Shown here one piece after another: positions 28,183 to 32,000 of a stretch of 32,000 nucleotides of DNA. The notes below the pieces were generated by a model. The model did not search any database and was not told the DNA's origin. It worked only from the letters and a program-made list of their open reading frames with translations. Origin of the DNA: Candidatus Heimdallarchaeota archaeon B3_Heim. GTDB lineage: Archaea > Asgardarchaeota > Heimdallarchaeia > Hodarchaeales > Hodarchaeaceae. How positions within the stretch are numbered: position 1 is the first letter of the stretch; every line of letters starts with the position of its first letter. The position numbers were made by a program, and so were the translations under genes. The DNA lies in NCBI GenBank assembly GCA_003144275.1, contig NJBF01000031.1, positions 25,496 through 57,495 on the forward strand. Reading direction: 5' to 3'.

Positions 28183-29037
28183 TCAATGTATTTTGATCAG
28201 AGGTAATATTTCTGCTATGGCGTTAATCTTTTTCATAAGTTTAGATGATATATTAACTTCATCTGTATAACAAAGGGAGACATATTCCTTTAACAGCGTG
28301 AGAAGTAACCGAGAAAAAGCGAAGGTCTCTTCGTTAAGAGAAGAAAATGTCATTAGTTCTTTTGGGATAAATGGTGCATTCTCCTCGTTAATAAAAATCA
28401 TAGATTGATTCAAATTCGAATGTAAGGCATTAAACTCACTAGAACATAGAACACCCATGTAATCGGTGTCTACATAAAACAATAGCCCTTCTTCCGCTCT
28501 TAAAAAGTGGTTATGATTGTAATCTAATAATATCAGCGCTTTAGATGCCAAAAAAAGTAATTCGATCAAATTGTAGATATCTGTCTCCTTTGAATAATCA
28601 CAAACTGGATGAAATAGAAAAGGTTGAAGGACAATTAAAGTTTCATTAGATTCAAGAAAATACGTTTCCGGATAGTGATCAGGCCCTAAAGCATCAATCA
28701 GCTGTTCAATTCGTGTTTTATGGTGGTCTGCGAGATTAAACGCCATATGCAGGTCAGTTGAGGGTTTTTGATAAATTCTAATTGTGAAGTAATCCGAGCG
28801 TTTCCCCCCGTTTGTTTGGAATAAAGGAGAAACTGTAATCACTGGATGGACAAGTCCGAAATCTGGTCGAGTAACTTCATGAAATATATACTGAGACTTA
28901 TTTCTTACTCTATCTTCGTGTAAATGAGAAAAATACGTTTCTAATAAGGAAAAAACCTTTTCTGGAGTGGCTTTATTAGTCCATGGCCATTCAACTTCCC
29001 TGATTTCGACGGGAAAATTAAATAAGGAGGCCTTCAT
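28183..29037 (-). CDS. Putative protein-kinase-like (RIO/APH-type) fold protein
   Basis: Ordered motifs FTIRIY, YPETY, LIVLQPF, LLDYNHNHFL and FYVDTD, with kinase-like spacing. Confidence 0.5.
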   Translation of the reverse strand: MKASLFNFPVEIREVEWPWTNKATPEKVFSLLETYFSHLHEDRVRNKSQYIFHEVTRPDFGLVHPVITVSPLFQTNGGKRSDYFTIRIYQKPSTDLHMAFNLADHHKTRIEQLIDALGPDHYPETYFLESNETLIVLQPFLFHPVCDYSKETDIYNLIELLFLASKALILLDYNHNHFLRAEEGLLFYVDTDYMGVLCSSEFNALHSNLNQSMIFINEENAPFIPKELMTFSSLNEETFAFSRLLLTLLKEYVSLCYTDEVNISSKLMKKINAIAEILPLIKIH

Positions 29038-29134
29038 CGTTATGAATATATTTATCTCCTAAATCTTAAGATTTTTTATTCAATTTTTTTTTGAAAATTG
29101 TCTCTACAACTCTAAAAGGAAAAACTATTCATAA

Positions 29135-31147
29135 TTGAAAATAATCCCAATTTTAACGATGGTAATATACCGCAATGACCTAAGTATTCCAAATGATCTC
29201 AAGAAAGTTTTTTCTGACATTCGTAATCATCTAGCTGGAAATTTCAAGGGTATTACACAAGATAATACTCTGGTAGAGCAAGTATTATTCCTATTATTTT
29301 GTAAAATTCAGGATGAGCTTGAAACTCCTTCTACTGAACCAGTTCTCTTCCAAATTGACCATCCTGAGAAGCAAACACTTGCAGTACGGATTAATAAATT
29401 GTTTAATGACCTTAAATCCCAATTCAATGGAATTATAGATACCACAAATGACCAATTGATTATTGATGAGGCAAACCTTCGAGTGATTGTGACAGAGTTA
29501 CAAACTTTTGCAATTAGCGAAGCTCCTCGAGATGCAATTGGAGATGCAATAGAGCAAATTTTATTACCAGCATTACGGGGATCTCAAGGTCAATTTTTTA
29601 CTCCTAAAAATATTTCGTTAACAATGGCGCAAATCCTAAATCCTAAAGTTGATGAATTAGTCATTGATCCTGCTTGTGGGGCAGGAGGTTTTCTAACAAG
29701 TACATTGTCACTTCATAAGGATATTAATAACTGTAAATTGTTTGGAATCGACAAAGACGAGTTTTTCGTCAAAATATCCAGATTACATCTAGCAATTCTG
29801 AATTATCGAAAACCCAGTATTTTCTGTGAAAACTCATTAGAAACACCTGAGAAGTGGACAAACACCACTCAATCTAATATCAGACTGAGTATGTTTGATG
29901 TTGTTTTAAGCAATCCCCCTTTTGGTGCGAAAATTCCTATCACAGATCCAAGGATCTTAGAAAAGTATGAACTGGGACATAAGTGGCAGGATAAGGGCAA
30001 AACTTGGAAGAAAATATCAAAAATACGAGAACGACAACCACCACAAATATTATTCATCGAAAGATGTCTTCAATTGCTAAAACCTGGGGGAAGAATGGCT
30101 ATTGTATTACCTGAAGGAATATTTGGGAATAGTTCAGACCGCTATATTATCGATTTTTTACTCCAGAATTATACCATTTTGGCGGTTATTAGCTGCAGCC
30201 ACCTTGCATTTGCGCCCCACACACACATCAAAACTTCTTTATTGTTCATCGAAAAAACAAAACAACAAGGTAATTACCCGATTTTTTTTGCGATAGCGAA
30301 GAAAGTGGGACATGATAAAAATGGGAAGGAAATGTACCGATTCGATGACTTCGGTGAACCTACATTAGATAAAAACGGTAATAAGATCATTGCTGATGAT
30401 CTACCTGCTATTACGGAGAATTTTCGTATTTTTAAAACAGGGAAAAGAATAGATTATTCATCATTAGGATTTATCCTCGATCGAGAAAACATCGTTAATA
30501 ACATCCTTATTCCTGCATATTACAACCCCAGTATAAATAATCGCTTAGAAGTTTATAGAAATAGACCAGGTTACACACTAATTTCTCTAGGTGATTTAGT
30601 CTCGAGAAACTATGTTTCTATTACGAGAGGACATGAAATTGGTGCAAAGGCGTATGGAACGGGCACGGTACCATTTGTTAGAACAAGTGACATTATAAAT
30701 TTAGAAATCAATGTGGATCCTCTAAAACAAGTCAGTAAAGATATATATAATAGATATAAAGACAAGCAAGATATTAGAGCAGGAGATATTTTAATTGTTA
30801 ATGATGGAACGTTTCTCATTGGCAGAAATGCAATGATTACTGAACATGATGAGCAAATCATAATTCAAAGTCACTTAAATAAACTTCGTATTACCTGTGA
30901 AAATCCATTTTTAGACGAATACCTATTACTTTGGAGTTTGAATACAGACATTGTTCAGGAGCAAGTTAAAGCGAAAACCTTCATCCAAGCTACGATATCT
31001 ACGTTGGGGGACAGATTAAAGGAAATAGTTCTTGTATTACCCTCTGATTCGGCCGTGAAAAATAAAAGATCATCAGAATTTAGAGAGATTATTTCTCAGA
31101 AAAAAGCATTGAAAAACCGTTTTAAAAAGCTTATCAAGGAGATATAA
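29135..31147 (+). CDS. N6-adenine DNA methyltransferase (HsdM-like) fused to a single target-recognition domain
   Basis: GQFFTP, DPACGAGGF and NPPF motifs, then RMAIVLPEG. The C-terminus is HsdS-like (ITRG...PFVRTSD...GDILI...IG) and ends in a helix. Confidence 0.9.
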   Translation: MKIIPILTMVIYRNDLSIPNDLKKVFSDIRNHLAGNFKGITQDNTLVEQVLFLLFCKIQDELETPSTEPVLFQIDHPEKQTLAVRINKLFNDLKSQFNGIIDTTNDQLIIDEANLRVIVTELQTFAISEAPRDAIGDAIEQILLPALRGSQGQFFTPKNISLTMAQILNPKVDELVIDPACGAGGFLTSTLSLHKDINNCKLFGIDKDEFFVKISRLHLAILNYRKPSIFCENSLETPEKWTNTTQSNIRLSMFDVVLSNPPFGAKIPITDPRILEKYELGHKWQDKGKTWKKISKIRERQPPQILFIERCLQLLKPGGRMAIVLPEGIFGNSSDRYIIDFLLQNYTILAVISCSHLAFAPHTHIKTSLLFIEKTKQQGNYPIFFAIAKKVGHDKNGKEMYRFDDFGEPTLDKNGNKIIADDLPAITENFRIFKTGKRIDYSSLGFILDRENIVNNILIPAYYNPSINNRLEVYRNRPGYTLISLGDLVSRNYVSITRGHEIGAKAYGTGTVPFVRTSDIINLEINVDPLKQVSKDIYNRYKDKQDIRAGDILIVNDGTFLIGRNAMITEHDEQIIIQSHLNKLRITCENPFLDEYLLLWSLNTDIVQEQVKAKTFIQATISTLGDRLKEIVLVLPSDSAVKNKRSSEFREIISQKKALKNRFKKLIKEI

Positions 31148-31148
31148 G

Positions 31149-31880
31149 CTATAACATTTTATCTAATTGCCATCTTTTATTTTCAAGGACATCGAACTCT
31201 TTAGAGGTTATGCTGGGAAAAATTTGACAAGTATAGCTAATATGATTATCACGGATGGATTTTATGCATATGGCTCTTACCCATGTTTCCAAACGTTTTA
31301 TTCGTGTTACTCGGTCCATTGCAGCAAATAATTGGCCATATTTTAACGCTCGGTGTTTTATATCGAAAATTTCCTCCTCTGAATAGCCTTCATAATTAAT
31401 TTCAGTATTCATAATTCTTATCAGGGTTGAAAGAAGAACTCTGGCTGGAGTTTCAGACCGAATTTTTCTCCATTTATTTCGCATTTTTGGATAGATCTTT
31501 AAAAGTCTTAATCGCCATGTTCTCAATTTCTGTTTGTTTAAATCAACACCTAAAGCATTATTAATCTCTTGTAGGGTAGAATCTAATAATGATAGACCCC
31601 GAAAAATTAACAATAGATCAATGTAAGCTAAATACGCATACAAACGATCCCCTTGTAATCTCAAACCCAATTCTTTTGGTTTTGTATTTTTGAATGAATT
31701 TGTAATCATATCTAGCCATTTCAAAGGAAAAAATTCTGCAAGGCGGGATGCAATATCAGTATTGATTTGAAACCGATTGTCGCAACCAGTTTCCTCATGA
31801 GTAATGCAATTATATGTATTTTTAAGCCTATAGAAATGTGAAGGAACCTTTCTATCCAATCGGATCAGTGTACCTAGCAT
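31149..31880 (-). CDS. Helical protein, possible TFB/cyclin-fold homolog without Zn ribbon
   Basis: TLQEINNALGV...KL..W..L followed by a second helical repeat IK.RA...ETWVRAICIKSIR. Confidence 0.4.
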   Translation of the reverse strand: MLGTLIRLDRKVPSHFYRLKNTYNCITHEETGCDNRFQINTDIASRLAEFFPLKWLDMITNSFKNTKPKELGLRLQGDRLYAYLAYIDLLLIFRGLSLLDSTLQEINNALGVDLNKQKLRTWRLRLLKIYPKMRNKWRKIRSETPARVLLSTLIRIMNTEINYEGYSEEEIFDIKHRALKYGQLFAAMDRVTRIKRLETWVRAICIKSIRDNHISYTCQIFPSITSKEFDVLENKRWQLDKML

Positions 31881-31969
31881 GGTTTTTACAATGAAAATCC
31901 ACTAAAAGGGTTTTTAACAGCGACCCATAAGCATTAAAGGGCAGAAACTCGACCGAAATTCGAGTAAAA

Positions 31970-32000
31970 ATGACAGTCAAATTCCTACCCGTTAGACAAG
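31970..32000 (+). CDS. Possible 5' end of a gene running off the window
   Basis: ATG 31970 is open to the edge (MTVKFLPVRQ) and divergent from the 31880 gene. Too short to verify. Confidence 0.25.
   Translation, partial: MTVKFLPVRQ

Noticed and set aside
23483-30861. Remaining short overlapping ORFs (23483, 24770, 26681, 27288, 27740, 29869, 30102, 30610)
   Set aside because: Each overlaps a longer CDS with clear motifs or membrane topology.
31947-31965. ACTCGA-N7-TCGAGT inverted repeat
   Set aside because: A single 6-bp stem at the window edge, with no context to assign a function.
1-32000. CRISPR array, rRNA or tRNA genes
   Set aside because: No regularly spaced direct repeats or structural RNA signatures found by eye.

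Overview
AT-rich, gene-dense archaeal window. The roadblock/LC7 gene, archaeal/eukaryotic-type IleRS, COG2413/COG1407/Lhr genes and C-terminally anchored surface protein suggest an Asgard archaeon, possibly Heimdallarchaeia (inference). The left 3.2 kb holds a >1065-codon minus-strand ORF missing from the supplied track because it runs off the edge. It has an acidic low-complexity N-terminus, a basic/aromatic body and a Cas9-like HNH motif near the edge. Housekeeping genes follow (ileS, inositol monophosphatase, ArsR-type regulator, nucleotidyltransferase, metallophosphoesterase, Lhr helicase, a NadE-like gene). A plastic region at about 17.9-22.7 kb carries gene remnants and a non-autonomous TnpB element with IS607-like ends that truncates a gamma-carbonic-anhydrase gene. 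The right part has rubrerythrin, hydrolases, a GNAT, a receiver protein, a kinase-like protein, an orphan N6-methyltransferase fused to one target-recognition domain and a TFB/cyclin-like protein. Several enzymes carry substituted catalytic motifs. No tRNA, rRNA or CRISPR array was seen. All family calls are by eye from motifs; no database search was run.
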